Shown: positions 38,616 through 54,315 of the stretch, one piece after another
How the letters are laid out: every line of letters begins with the position of its first letter
Position numbering within the stretch: position 1 is the first letter of the stretch
Assembly: GCA_951406725.2 (NCBI GenBank)
Contig: OX597834.1
Coordinates: 16,244,001 to 16,308,000, forward strand
Length of the DNA stretch: 64,000 nt
Direction of reading: 5' to 3'
Source of the DNA: Octopus vulgaris
Lineage: Eukaryota
The notes under the pieces: generated by a model
The model's input: the letters and a program-made list of their open reading frames with translations, nothing else
What the model was told of the DNA's origin: nothing
Databases searched by the model: none
Position numbers and translations under genes: made by a program

Positions 38616-38660
<45 letters not shown>

Positions 38661-38695
38661 TCCATACATACATATACATAAATATATATATGTAT

Positions 38696-38726
<31 letters not shown>

Positions 38727-39173
38727 CACATCTATATATGCACATGCATATATCCATACATATATATATATACACACATACACACCCATACATATATATA
38801 TATATATACATATATATATACTCATACATACATATGCATATACACATAAAACATATACACAAAATTGTGTTTATTCAGATGCACATTTTTGTGGCAGTCA
38901 TGGTAGGATCTAGAATGGTTTTAGTGATGACAACAATGACAATTAATACAGCCGTGGTAGTGGTACTATTACTATTACCACCACCAGTAGTAGTAGTAGT
39001 AGAGCGGGCATATGTTGTAACAATTGGATTGTGAAGTGCATCTTATTACATGTGCACATGCACTAAGTTTCTGCACGGTCAGGTGACTTCCACCTTACAT
39101 GTTTGTCTTGTACATATGCTGGTTCCTGATGACATATTGTATATTATTCAATAGTTCTATACATATTTATGTG

Positions 39174-39210
<37 letters not shown>

Positions 39211-39455
39211 TATATTTATATTTATTTATATATATTTATATTTATTTATTTATATCCTCTTGTAATGATTGTACCTATTGTATTGTATTACTCATTCATG
39301 TACGCTGTTTTGTTTAACCTTAATGTTCTTATGTAGTGGTTCAATAAAGTATGTGATTGGGTATTATCTGATAGTTCATTAATGATTTAGATGTATTTCT
39401 CCATTTTCTTATTTTGTATTATATATATATATATATACACACACACATATATATG

Positions 39456-39869
39456 TATTTCTTTATTGCCCACAAGGGGCTAACATAGAGGGGACAAACA
39501 AGGACAGACAAAGGAATTAAGTCAATTATATCGACCCCAGTGCATAACTGGTACTTAATTTATCGACCCCAAAAGGATGAAAGGCAAAGTCGACCTCGGC
39601 AGAATTTGAACTCAGAATGTCATAGCAGACAAAATACCTATTTCTTTATTACCCACAAGGGGCTAAACATAGAGGGGACAAACAAGGACAGACATAGGTA
39701 TTAAGTCGATTATATCGACCCCAGAGCATAACTGGTACTTAATTTATCGACCCCGAAAGGATGAAAGGCAAAGTCGACCTCGGCAGAATTTGAACTCAGA
39801 ATGTCACAGCAGACGAAATACCGCTAAGCATTTCGCCCGGCGTGCTAACGTTTCTGGCAGCTCGCTACC
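39456..39869 (-). mobile_element. SINE family B dimer
   Basis: Two ~183-bp bodies joined at aaaatacctatttc (39631-39644), the same junction as 15939. Confidence 0.9.
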
Positions 39870-40523
39870 TTAAGTATGCTCCATATTGACTTAAGTTTTG
39901 TCTTGTAGTAACAGTAACAAGAGAAAATAATAAAACAGCCAATGTGCCTGTCTGTGTGAGTAAATAGGGGTTAGTGCATAGGAGAGTTAATTTAGTTGAA
40001 AAATATAATTAAATAGAAGGCAAAGTTATAATAATCTAGAAATATTTGGAGAGCAAAAAAATACTGTTAGTCTTTGAGCTAATTATAATGCATTCAGGTA
40101 ATTTAGGCTAATTGGAATATTAGGAATGAAATCAACAGATATTTAACGGAGGAAATTTTAATTTTATGTCTTCATAAGGTCACAGTATAAGGACAGTAAT
40201 TTAACAAGCTGTCAAAACATTTTGCTCATTTACTTTTTTTTTCTTTAGAGGAAGACTGTGTGTGGGTATTAAATAGTTAATTTAATATGTAATAGGAATG
40301 CTATTATAGGTGAATGGTGGTTGAATATTATTGCAGGAGTGTGAGGGAAGAACGGTCACTTGGAAGAATGTAGAATTGTAGCAGAATAATGCTGGATGTA
40401 ATAGTATGGAACATTCTTGTGCTAAGACTATAATTTCCTTGATTACAAATATGGAAAAGACAGAGGTAAAGATAGTGATTATGTCAGCGGTGAACGACTA
40501 CAAAACATTTCAAGATTGTGTAG

Positions 40524-40747
40524 CAGTGGCTCTCAAAAGGGGTCTGTAATGGCCCTTGCGGGTCCATATAAGATGATTTTGTTAAAATTCATCTGCAATC
40601 AATTGGTTATACTTTTACAATGCCACAAAATATTCTAACAATTTTTTTTTTTTGAGACAATTCCTAATAATATTTAATTATAAAAATAAACATCAAGTGT
40701 GTATGGGGGCCCATCTGAGTAAAGCAGGAATCAAAGGGGTCCATAAG
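40524..40747. mobile_element. hAT-type MITE, truncated
   Basis: Starts cagtggctctcaa; the interior is the reverse homolog of 26244-27004. Confidence 0.65.
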
Positions 40748-40854
40748 TACCAGTTGAATACCGGGATCAATGTAGTCCCTTCCCCCAACATTGATGGCCT
40801 TGTGCCAAAATTTGAAATGATCATAATCATCATCATCATTATAATTATTATCAA

Positions 40855-41070
40855 GGTGGTGAGTTGGCAGAGTCATTAGCATGCCAGGCAGAACGCTTAG
40901 CAGCATATCATCCATCCTTAGATTCTGAGTTCAAATTCCACCAAGGTCAAATTTGCCTTTCATCCTTTCGGGGACAATAAAGCAAGTACCAGTTGCATAC
41001 TGGTGTCAATGTAATCGACTAGCCCCCACATCCCCCAAAAAATCAGGACTTGTGCCTTTAGTAGAAAGTA
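40855..41070 (+). mobile_element. SINE family B with a (TTA)n tail
   Basis: gagttggcagag head, ttctgagttcaaattcc, ttgcctttcatcctttcgggg. Confidence 0.85.
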
Positions 41071-41080
41071 CTATTATGCC

Positions 41081-41132
<52 letters not shown>

Positions 41133-41151
41133 ATTATTATTATTATTATTA

Positions 41152-41520
41152 TTATTGCCTCCACCTTAGCAAAGGCAGATGTATTGTTTTCAGTCATGTT
41201 TGTTTGTTTGTCCGTGGACAAGATATCTCAAAAACCACTGGATGAATTCAGATGAACCTTTCAGGGATGTTTGGCCTCGTGACTGGCACAAACTGATTAA
41301 ATTTTGGGATTGATCCGACACCGGACAAGGATTCTAGATTATTTTTCCTCTTTTTTTTTTACATAATTTTTGAGAGCAGTCGGATTCAATTTTAGTAATC
41401 TCGTTTGTGAGAGCAGTTGAGTTTATTTCAGACATTCTCATTTTAAAAATCATCTCTGGCCAATTGTTGAGAGGACATTGGTGTTGCCTTGGCAGAGCTT
41501 TGCACCCTCTGAATGCTCTT
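41152..41520 (+). mobile_element. Helentron-associated (DINE/HINE-like) non-autonomous element
   Basis: ttattgcctccacc start, short IR, (gttt)n microsatellite, agatatctcaaaaac block, and a 3' ccttggcagag subterminal IR followed by a gcac..atgc stem-loop. Sits in a T-rich site. Confidence 0.7.
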
Positions 41521-41769
41521 ATTATTATTATTTTATTTCTACCTATATAAATCTTCTAATATTTACACAGCCTTGTTTTTTATCTTATTACACAAAAAAT
41601 TCTTATATACACACGCTGACATAGAACCAACGCTGAACCCCTTATTCGCAAAATTACCGAATCTGGAACTTAACTATGATCTGTCTATAGCACTTATTCA
41701 GCATTACCTGACACCTTTGGGTCTCAATGACACCATTATCTCTCATATATATATTTATATAAAAAATAA

Positions 41770-42172
41770 CAAAGGGTAAAATTAACTAATTAAGAAGTAA
41801 TCAATAATTTCAACAAGTAGAATTCGGCATGAAAAAAGGACCATTTCATGGTAAACTTAAGTAATACTTAATAATTAGGGTTCAGCAAAGATTTGCTTTA
41901 CCACATACCGAAGTTTAGAAATAGCAGCCAAAAAACGTTAGCTATTTCTTCTACTTTAAAAAGGGACTCCAAGAAAAACCAAAATACTTGAAAACAAACC
42001 ACCAGATATTGATTGATTTTCGTTACTTCTTCTTCTCTGCCTGTGTGCTTTGTTTTCAAGTATTTTGGTTTTTCTGGGAGTCCCTTTTTAAAGTGAAGAA
42101 ATAACTAACGTTTTTTGGCTGATTTCCAAACTTCGGTATGTGGTAAGCAAATCTTGCTGAACCCTAATTATT
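41770..42172. mobile_element. (TA)n-embedded element with a ~125-bp inverted repeat
   Basis: Arms 41870-41998 and 42049-42172 are reverse complements; relatives at 38510-38612 and 12130-12199. Confidence 0.75.
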
Positions 42173-42435
42173 TTATATATATATATATATATATGCATAC
42201 ATATATTTATATGTATATATGACAAGGTAAATAATGGTTATTACATATTTTTCCTGTGCTAGAGTAAATTTGGTTTACTGTTGTTTCTAGTAGTCGTTAT
42301 AGGTACGTTACTGGTAGGTTTACTCTTATTGATCAGTTGAGAGAAGCTGAACGGCCGAAGAAAATTAATGCTAATTTTCATCAGAGCCATTTCTGGTTAT
42401 AACAAAGAACATTGAAGAAATGGTACATGCATGCA

Positions 42436-42483
<48 letters not shown>

Positions 42484-42751
42484 TATGTATGTATAGGTAT
42501 ACACACAAAGAGAGAGAGAGTATTGCCAATAAGTTATAATGCATGTATGATAAAGAGAGTAACTATAGTAACGATTATCAGTGTAATTATAATTATATTG
42601 GTATTAAAATTTTCTGCATGAAGAAATAAATTAACATTACAGGTAGTAATTAAGAGAATTGATACAGAGAGACGAAGCAGTAGCTAAACGGAAATAACAT
42701 TAGTAATCTAATGTAAAACTTTGAAATTTAATGTAAAAATATAAATAAATA

Positions 42752-43510
42752 GGTGCAGGAGTGGCTGTGTGGTAAGTAGCTCGCTTACCAACCACATGGT
42801 TCTGGGTTCAGTCCCACTGCGTGGCACCTCAGGCAAGTTGTTTTCTGCTATAGCCTCAGGCCAATCAAAGCCTTGTGAGTGGATTTGGTAGATGGAAACC
42901 GAAAGAAGCCCATTGTATATATATATATATATATATACGAGCAAAACACACAATGGACGGTGCTGAGTTGTCAAACATTTAAACCAAATTTTCTCAAAAC
43001 AACTTGTCCCATAGGCCTCCCCTTTGAGAAACACTGATTTAACCTAAATTTGAGACACTAGCAAAAGAAGAAATAAAGATAGACTTTTTTTTCTAATCCA
43101 AAGAAAAACGATTTTATCCACTTTACCGATCGCATTCTCACCTGGAATCGATTTTTGTAATTTTTTCAAGACTTATACACGCCCTGATATCGTCGGTATC
43201 TACATATCAAATTTGAGCACAATCGGATGGAGAATGCCCGAGATCCTAGGAGACACACACACACACACACACAGACAGACAGATTTTATATAATAGATAT
43301 GTATGCGTGTCTGTGTTTGTACCCCCACCATTGCTTGACAACCGATGTTGGTGTGTTTATGTCCCTGTAACTTAGCGGTTCGGCGAAAGAGACCGATAGA
43401 ATAAGTAATAGGCTTACAAAGAATAATTCCTGGGGTTGATTTGCTCGACTAAAGGCGATGCTCCAGCATGGCCACAGTCAAATGACTGAAACAAGCAAAA
43501 GAATAAAAGA
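42752..43510 (+). mobile_element. SINE family A split by a Helitron-like insertion
   Basis: Head 42752-42915, tail 43300-43510; ataaataaat flanks both sides. Confidence 0.88.
42938..43297 (-). mobile_element. Non-autonomous Helitron-like element
   Basis: Minus strand starts a|tctattatataaaatctgtctgtc(tg)n and ends ..gttttgctcg|t. Inserted between A and T of the SINE TA tract with no TSD. Confidence 0.55.
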
Positions 43511-43675
43511 ATAAATAAATAAAATGCACAGGCGTAACTGTGTGGTTAACAAGTTTGCCTTGCAAACCACATGATTTCAGGTTCAGTCCCACTGCGCAGC
43601 ACTTTGGTCTCAGGTCAACCAAAGTCTAGCGAGTCAATTTGGTGGATGGAAACTGTGTAGAAGTCCATCATATAT

Positions 43676-43897
43676 GCCAGTGGCATGTAAAAAGTACCCT
43701 TTGAACATTGGGCTGCATGGAGGGAGGCAGTGACAAATGACCATGACCTTTGACACCATACCAGGCTTGAGAAGACCCATCAAGCCAACTAAGATCACTG
43801 TCATGGTCGATGCTGGTGTTCCGTAACTGGCCCCTGTGCCGGTGGCACGTAAAAAGCACCAACTACATTCTTAGAGTGGTTGGCATTAGGAAGGGCA
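43676..43897 (+). mobile_element. RTE 3' derivative, 3' truncated
   Basis: gtggcatgtaaaaagtacc..ttgaacattggg..cttgagaagacccatcaagcc..gtgccggtggcacgtaaaaagcacc..aggaagggca. Confidence 0.8.
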
Positions 43898-44068
43898 ATA
43901 GTAATTCAGGGTCGTTCAATTGGATTAGTGAGAAAACATAGACCTTACTATGCTATAACCTGCCTAAGACTATCTTGACTTCTATCATACAAAAATTACC
44001 CATTTTAAAGTGCTCATATTTAAACCATAATCTTCCAGTCATAATTTTAAAAACACAATAACCTTTGA

Positions 44069-44462
44069 CTTTTTATCTTTTTACTTGTTTCAGTTAACTG
44101 TGGCCATGCTGGGGCAGCCCCTTGAAGAGCTTTTAGTCAAATAAATGGATCCCAGACCTTATGTCTTATTGTCTTTTTAAACCCAGTACTTATTCTAATG
44201 CTCTTTTTTGCCAAACCGATAGGTTAAGGGGACATAAAGAAACTAACACTGGTTGTTAGTGTGGAGGGACAAACACAAAGACACACACGTATACACATAC
44301 ACACACACAATGGGCTTCCACACAGTTTCCATCAACCAAATTTAGTCAAAAGGCTTTTGGTCAGCCTGGGGCTACAGTAAAAGACACCAACCCAAGCTGC
44401 TGTGCAGCAGCATTGAACCCAAAACCAATGGCTGCAGAGCAAGATTTTTAAGCACACGCCTG
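44069..44462 (-). mobile_element. Old SINE family A copy
   Basis: ttttacttgtttcag..tgtggccatgctgg..ggacaaacac..cagtttccatcaaccaaa. Confidence 0.75.
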
Positions 44463-44687
44463 TACATGCATCTACATTTGATTTGTTACAAAGATCAGAT
44501 TAAAGATAAGAAATACTAATTACTTTATACTAAATCCCTCCTAATTCTTGATTACTTTCCCAATTAATTTGACAAACACAAGCCACATTTTCTATTATAA
44601 ATGCCATCAAGGGAGAATCAATCTAAACCTTCAAGTCTTAATTGCTCTACTGGCAAACCCTGATTCCAGATCCCAAAATAAATAAAT

Positions 44688-47270
<2,583 letters not shown>

Positions 47271-47352
47271 ATATAATATATAATATGATATATATCTAGA
47301 CATGTTAGATTTGGCTAAAATCCGTGAGTGTAATATTTTTTCCTAATCGTCT

Positions 47353-48046
47353 GTCATCATCACTGTTTTAATGCTTGCATAAGACAAATAAGACAGATGG
47401 AGTTTAGTGGGGGTAGACCTTCTTTAGCTGGATGCCCTTCCTGTAGCCAACCCTTATCTCTTTCCAAGCAAGGCAATATTTCCCCCACAGCCAAACATGT
47501 TTCACAGAATACTGGAAATGAATATGACACTTCTTTCTTTCTTTCTCTTTCTTTCTTTCTTTCTTCCTTCCTTCTCTTCTTCCTTTCTTAAATGACAATG
47601 ACAATCATTTTACAACGGTCAAGCAATGTCAAGACAAGGAAACACTCAGACTCACACACACACATGATGGGGGCTTCTTTCAGTTTCCAACTACCAAATC
47701 CACTCGCAAGGCTTTGGTTGGCCAAGGGCAATACCCAGGGTGCCACACATTGAGACTGAACCCAAAACCATGTGGTTGGAAAGCAAACTTCTTATTTCTT
47801 TATTGCCCACAAGGGGCTAAACACAGAGGGGACAAACAAGGACAGACAAAGGGATTAAGTCATTTACATCGACCCCAGTGCATAACTGGTACTTATTTAA
47901 TCGACCCCGAAAGAATGAAAGGCAAAGTCAACCTCGGCTGAACTTGAACTCAGAACGTAACGGCAGACAAAATCCTGCTAAGTATTTCACCCGGCGTGCT
48001 AACGTTTCTGTCAGCTTGCCGCAAACTTCTTACCACACAGCCATAC
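47353..48046 (-). mobile_element. SINE family E (family A head, RTE-type tail) interrupted by SINE B
   Basis: catcatc tail, ctggatgcccttcctgtagccaacc, then the family A head, which resumes at 48033. Confidence 0.8.
47795..48020 (-). mobile_element. SINE family B monomer
   Basis: 12-bp TSD gcaaacttctta at 47783-47794 and 48021-48032. Confidence 0.92.
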
Positions 48047-48665
48047 CAGCACGCAAGCCAATAAAATTAAAAGCTATTACACTAATTGGCAAACACATTT
48101 CTTCACCAACAAACCTAAGCCATTCATTTAAATATGCACACTTTATAAAGTAAAAAAAGAGGGTGGTTTCACATTATGGGATCAAAAGGCAGTCAGAGGC
48201 AGGTTTGCACCAAGAGAGTTAATTCTATATAAGAGCATATATTTAATATTGCTCTAAAATAGCCGAGCGTGATAAAACTTCTCAAGAGAGAATGTAAGCA
48301 TGACAACTGGATGATTGCAAGTGTGAATTTGATCCATCAATTGAGGTCTTGTTCAGCTTTCATGAAATCAGGACCATGCTTGCTCTCTCTCTCATCAAGT
48401 TGCATGATACAGTATAGCTATTAACAGATAACCATTTATTGAATGGAGTTCCTTGCATATCTAGGACATGACTGCTGATATCACACGCAAAATATTTTAT
48501 CATATCTAAAAAAAATTTCAAATAAAAAAAAAGCAATCAGAATGATTGGCAAAATGTCACCAATATGCCATAACCACTAAACCATACAAACTAGCAACCT
48601 GCCAGATATAGCAGCAAAATCTTCCTCAAATAACATGGTATTATCTTGTATAAAACATAAGGATG

Positions 48666-48806
48666 TTATCATCATCATTTAACATCCATTTTCCATGCTG
48701 GCATGGGTTGGATGGTTTGACAGATCCAGACAGCTACAGGGTCATGTTGAGCTCCTATGTCAGCTTTGGCGTGGCTTCTATAGCTGGACGGACTTGCTAA
48801 TACCAG
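48666..48806 (-). mobile_element. RTE tail fragment
   Basis: atcatcatcatttaacatccattttccatgctggcatgggttggatgg. Confidence 0.75.
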
Positions 48807-48931
48807 TATTTGAACTCACAGCATAGAGTGCTGAACTGAAGCAAATACCATAAGGCAGGCATACAATCCAACACTCAGACAACTGCAGCTGCTCATCAAC
48901 TAAGTTCTTGCTTAGGAGACAATGAATAGAA

Positions 48932-49305
48932 TTGCTAATAGAAATTGAAAAAAATGTGGCATCTCAAGGCGACTACGGTACCAGTGATTGTAGGATCTCT
49001 AGGAATGATAAAAAAAAAAGGTACTGAAACCCATCTGAAAATGATACCAGGCTTACCATCGCTACAGGAAGTGCAAAAAAATCGTGTTAACTAGAACGGC
49101 TCATGTACTGAGAAGGGCATTATCGCTGTGAAAACAACATCCATCCATGAATCTATTTATCTATTAATTTTTTAAATACATATTTACCTGTGAATTTGCA
49201 TGAGTAATCTGGGAATGCATACAATGAGCTCTCTGCCCTAAGTGTACGGAAAACACTTGGCAAGAAACGGAAGAAAATTTGCAGAAAGAAGGAAAGAATA
49301 GTAAC

Positions 49306-49337
<32 letters not shown>
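48932..49337 (+). mobile_element. R4/Dong-clade non-LTR retrotransposon 3' end (restriction-like endonuclease C-terminus, UTR, (AAT)n)
   Basis: LLIEIEK/MWHLKATTVPVIVGSLGMIKKKGTETHLKMIPGLPSLQEVQK/IVLTRTAHVLRRALSL* with two frameshifts in A runs; stop at 49129-49131. Confidence 0.85.
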
Positions 49338-49338
<1 letters not shown>

Positions 49339-49515
49339 CCTTTCTATTATAGGCACAAGGCCTGAAATTAGGGGAAGGGGTAAGTCGATCACATCGACCC
49401 CAGTACATGACTGGTACTTATTTTATTGACCCCGAAAGGATGAAAGGCAAAGCCAATCTCAGCGGAATGCCACAAAGCGTTTTGCCCAGTGCGCTAACCA
49501 TTCTTCAAGTTCACT
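49338..49515 (-). mobile_element. SINE family B, internally deleted
   Basis: aggcacaaggcctgaaatt..tcgaccccagt..gaccccgaaaggatgaaaggcaaag. Confidence 0.85.
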
Positions 49516-49516
49516 A

Positions 49517-49569
<53 letters not shown>

Positions 49570-49611
49570 CAACAATAATAATAACAACAATAATAATAAT
49601 AACAACAACCC

Positions 49612-49867
49612 TTGTTCAGGGACCTATTGAGCGGGATGGGCTACTCAGCCTGAAGAAAATTCTAATTGGACCCCACCTGCAAGGTCACGTGCTGTTTATC
49701 TTGATATTAGATCACCATGCCGTGCACATATGGTTGTGATGCATGTGCCTGGTGTACCCTTATCAGACGGGTAGTCATGATGGGTATATTGGGCTTCGTA
49801 TATTTTACCCCAGTGTCATTTTGATGGCATGAACTGCTCTCTCACTCAATAACAATAATAATAATAA
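49612..49867 (+). mobile_element. Unclassified non-LTR 3' UTR-like element embedded in (AAT/AAC)n
   Basis: Unique ~240-bp block bounded by (aat)n on both sides, ending ctctctcactc-aataacaataat. Confidence 0.45.
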
Positions 49868-50559
49868 TATTACAAACAAGCCAACAAATATACAGCAAAC
49901 AGCACACACACAGACACACACACACACACACATCTAAAACACATCATAATCTAAATGACTAGTTTGCAGTTTTACCTCTTGATCTGTTCTTACGGAACAT
50001 TGCTTCACTCCGAGTTCTTTGTGTAACAACTAAAAAAAGAGCTACTACGCAACATTACAAAGCTTTTGAGGTTTTGCTGGTTAACAACAATAACAACAAC
50101 AACCACAACAACAGTCACAATAACCATTACTAATACTACTACTACTACTATGACGACGACAACGACAAGAAAAGCAAAGAGAATAGTCTGTAATATACAT
50201 GATATAATTAATAATAATCTCATAACAGTAAACAAAAGCTTAAAACCTTATCAATATTATCCAGATTTTACTACCACGTATAAACAACCAACCAGCCACA
50301 CCGAAATCCACCCCAAGGTACACCTGGCTCTTGATGTTCTTTCTTTTATTTTAATTGTGTTTTTTTTTTTAGTATTATTAGCTTTTTTTTTTTTATTTGT
50401 TTGTATTTCGTTGTTGCATTTTTTTTTCCTTTGTTCTTTTGTTCCTTTGCCATTTAACTTCTTCGGTAAAACATTATGATTCATACGTACACATTTATAC
50501 ATATATATAAACATATTAACACACACACACACAGGCACACACATGCACACACACACACA

Positions 50560-51300
50560 CGCACATATATATGTACAAACACACACATACGCACATAAAT
50601 ATGTACAAGCATACGGACACACATGCTCGCACACATACACAGGTATAAGCATACACACACGCACTCACATGAATATGTACAAGCATACAGACACATATAC
50701 ACACACATACACAGGTATAAGCATACACACATGCATATGTACAAACACACACATACGCACATGTGTACAAGCATACAGACACACATACACACATGCTCAC
50801 ACACGTACACAGGTATAAGCATACACACACACATGCATATACACAAACACACACACACTCACATAAATATGTACAAGCATACAGACACATATACACACAT
50901 TCTCACACACGTACACAGGTATAAGCATACACACACACATGCATATGTACAAACACACACACTCACATAAATATGTACAAGCATACAGACACATATACAC
51001 ACATGCTCACACACGTACACAGGTATAAGCATACACACACACATGCATATGTACAAACACACACACTCACATAAATATGTACAAGCATACAGACACATAT
51101 ACACACATGCTCACACACGTACACAGGTATAAGCATACACACACACATGCATATGTACAAACACACACACATGCACATAAATATGTACAAGCATACAGAC
51201 ACATATACACATATGCTCACACACATATGTACAAGCATACATACACGCACATGTACAAACACACACACACACGCACATGAATATATACAAGCATACACAT
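50560..51300. repeat. CA-rich minisatellite, unit ~104 bp
   Basis: Recurrent aaatatgtacaagcatacagacacatatacacacatgctcacacacgtacacaggtataagc. Confidence 0.9.
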
Positions 51301-51697
51301 ACACACACATGCTTACACACATACATGTGCAAGCATACACACACACTCACACATAAGTATAAGCATATATATACGCACACACACACAAACACACACATAC
51401 GTACATATGTACAAGCATATATACACACGCACATATATATATACACACACACACACACATGCAAATATACATATAAGACATGAAATACAAATGACAGTAA
51501 GCTAAGATTTAGTCTCCAAACGTGAAATGGAAGCAAGAAGAGAGAAAGGAGAGGAAGAAAAAGGAAGAAAAAAAAAGAAAACACAGCCAGCAGAAAGGAA
51601 AGAGAGTCATGTACTAAAAATATTAAGTATTACATAATAGGATTAACATATTCCAAAACAGTATAGGCGTATGTAGAAGAATACACATCATACGCGC

Positions 51698-51748
<51 letters not shown>

Positions 51749-51809
51749 TCAATAAATTTATATATATATATATATATATATTGTGGCTACATATATTCTG
51801 TGTGTGTTT

Positions 51810-51942
<133 letters not shown>

Positions 51943-51971
51943 GTATATATATATATTGTATATATATATAT

Positions 51972-52059
<88 letters not shown>

Positions 52060-52493
52060 GTGTGCAGAGAAACACTGCTGGTAGTGTGGGTGGGTTGATG
52101 AATATCAAAGAATCAAAGAACAGAGTTACCAATGTATGTAAAGAACAAGAGCAGCTGTCAGGAAAATGAATACAAAAGGGGGAGGCTCTTTCAAGCAAGA
52201 GAGGGTGGAAAGTGCGGTGGTGGTGGTGGTGGTGGGGTGTCAGATAAAGTGAGATAATATGAAGGATATTCATTAAGCCAACAAGCTAATCAATCACTGG
52301 CTTATAGCTACCGATTGTCGATTGTCTTCGTTCAGCCTGTAGTTCGTTATAGACAAACGTGCGTGTGCTGTTGACGTCAGAAGAATTTGGAAACTTTCGA
52401 AAATGCAAAGTGATTTTTATTTTTTTTGGGGGGGGAACAGTGAATCTTGAAGCAAATAAAGCTACGAATAATAGCATGTGAGTACTGGCTTAA

Positions 52494-53050
52494 CCCTTCG
52501 GCATTTAAAACAAACCCTATTTGCCCCAAATATTCTACCCGTTTAATGTTCAAACTGGCAAGATCTGGCTTCTCACACCTACCCGACATTGTCATTCCAA
52601 AGATAAACAATCATATCTTGAAATTGTGAAGCTACAAGATGAAGCAAAATGAATTCAAAACAACGTGAATATATAGGCATAACATTTGGCAGTAAAGGCA
52701 CGTGGCTTAGTGGTTAGGGGCATTTGACTCATGATCGTATAGTCGTGAGTTCAATTCCCGGCAGCGCATGATGTCCTTGAGCAAGACACTTTATTTCACA
52801 TTGCTCCAGTCCACTCAGTTGGCAAAAATGAGTAGTACCAGTATTTCAAAGGGCCAGCCTTGTCACACACTGTGTCACGCCGAATCTCCCCGGGAAATTC
52901 GTTAAGGGTACACGTGTCTGTGTAGTACTCAGCCACTTGCACGTTAATTTCACAAGCAAGCTGTTCCGTTGATCGTATCAGCTGGGACCCTCGTCGTCAC
53001 AACCGACAGAGTGCTCCTACTTTTGGCAGGGTAATCTGATTGCTGAAGGG
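52494..53050. mobile_element. TTAA MITE family 2 containing a SINE
   Basis: TTAA at 52490-52493 and 53051-53054; TIR cccttcggca / tgctgaaggg. Confidence 0.88.
52693..53021 (+). mobile_element. tRNA-headed CORE-like SINE with a family D tail (full length)
   Basis: tggcttagtggttagg (A box), gagttcaattccc (B box), gtccttgagcaagacacttta core; TSD tttggcag at 52685-52692 and 53022-53029. Confidence 0.9.
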
Positions 53051-53357
53051 TTAAAAACTAAGGCAAATTCTCCACAGCTGGATGCCCTACCTGTTGGCAA
53101 ACTTCACCTGTTCCCAAATAAAGTAATATTTCCCCTCTAAAAACGAATGACTGTGCATGCACACACACGTGTGTGTGTACTGATGAATTTCAGTGTAAAT
53201 CTGTGTTTAGATATCAAAAGGGAACCAACTCTTTAGAACAAGACTATGTATCAGTGTCATGATGTTGATGCATTCAACTTCACCCACTAAAAGCAATGCA
53301 TACATGGGCAGACATAAGTGATTTATGAAACCAACAGACAGGTGTGTCTATATATTT

Positions 53358-53775
53358 ACTCTTTTACCCTTTTACTTGTTTCAGTCATTTGACTGTGGCC
53401 ATGCTGGAGCACCGCCTTTAGTCGAACAAATTGACCCCGGGACTTATTCTTTGTAAGCCCAGTAATTATTCTACCGGTTTCTTTTGCCGAACCGCTAAGT
53501 GACGGGGACGCAAACACACCAGCATCAGTTGTCAAGCAACGCTAGGGGGACAAACACAGACACACATACATATATATATATATATATAGATATATACACA
53601 CACACATATATATGACAGGCTTCTTTCAGCTTCCATCTACCAAATTCACTCACAAGGCTTTGGTCGGGCCGAGGCTATAGCAGAAGACACTTGCCCAAGA
53701 TGCCATGCAGTGGGACTGAACCCGGAACCATGTGGTTGTTTAGCAAGCTACTTACCACACAGCTACACCTGTGCC
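53358..53775 (-). mobile_element. SINE family A (full length)
   Basis: Collinear with 5503-5933. Confidence 0.92.
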
Positions 53776-54147
53776 TACTCCTCCTCTGGCCTCCTCCTCT
53801 GGCCTCCTCCTCTGGCCTCCTCCTCCTCCTACTACTACTACTACCACCATCACCACTACTACTACTACCATCACCACTACTACTACTACCACCACTACTA
53901 CTACTACTACCACCATCACCACCACCACTGTTGCCCAGGCTCCCACCATTTCCACCACCTCCACCATCACTACCATCAGCATGACTGCTGCCATCACTGA
54001 CACTACCACCACCACCACCACAACCTCAATCCCAATCACCGCCACCACCACCATCATATAGTTGAAATTCACAGAAAAAACAAAAGACAAAGACAAAGGT
54101 GTATGAACAACACGCAGGTGTATTAGTCTGATGCTCGGGGGAAAGTG

Positions 54148-54315
54148 GGACAGGGTGCACATTGTCATCATGAAGATTCCAGTTCTTCACGTTCCGTAGA
54201 TCCAGTCACTTTTGGCAAGAGTCCTTCCTTCAAACGCTTCAAAACATCACAGAACAACTCTCGACTGACGGTCAGACACTGGGGGGGGACAAAATGTTCC
54301 ATGACAGAACACTGC
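54148..54315 (-). pseudogene. Mariner (DDD) transposase fragment
   Basis: Minus strand gives LTVSRELFCDVLKRLKEG / DLRNVKNWNLHDDN, matching the mariner TVN..FY..VL.RL...W.LHHDNA region; frameshifted. Confidence 0.75.
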
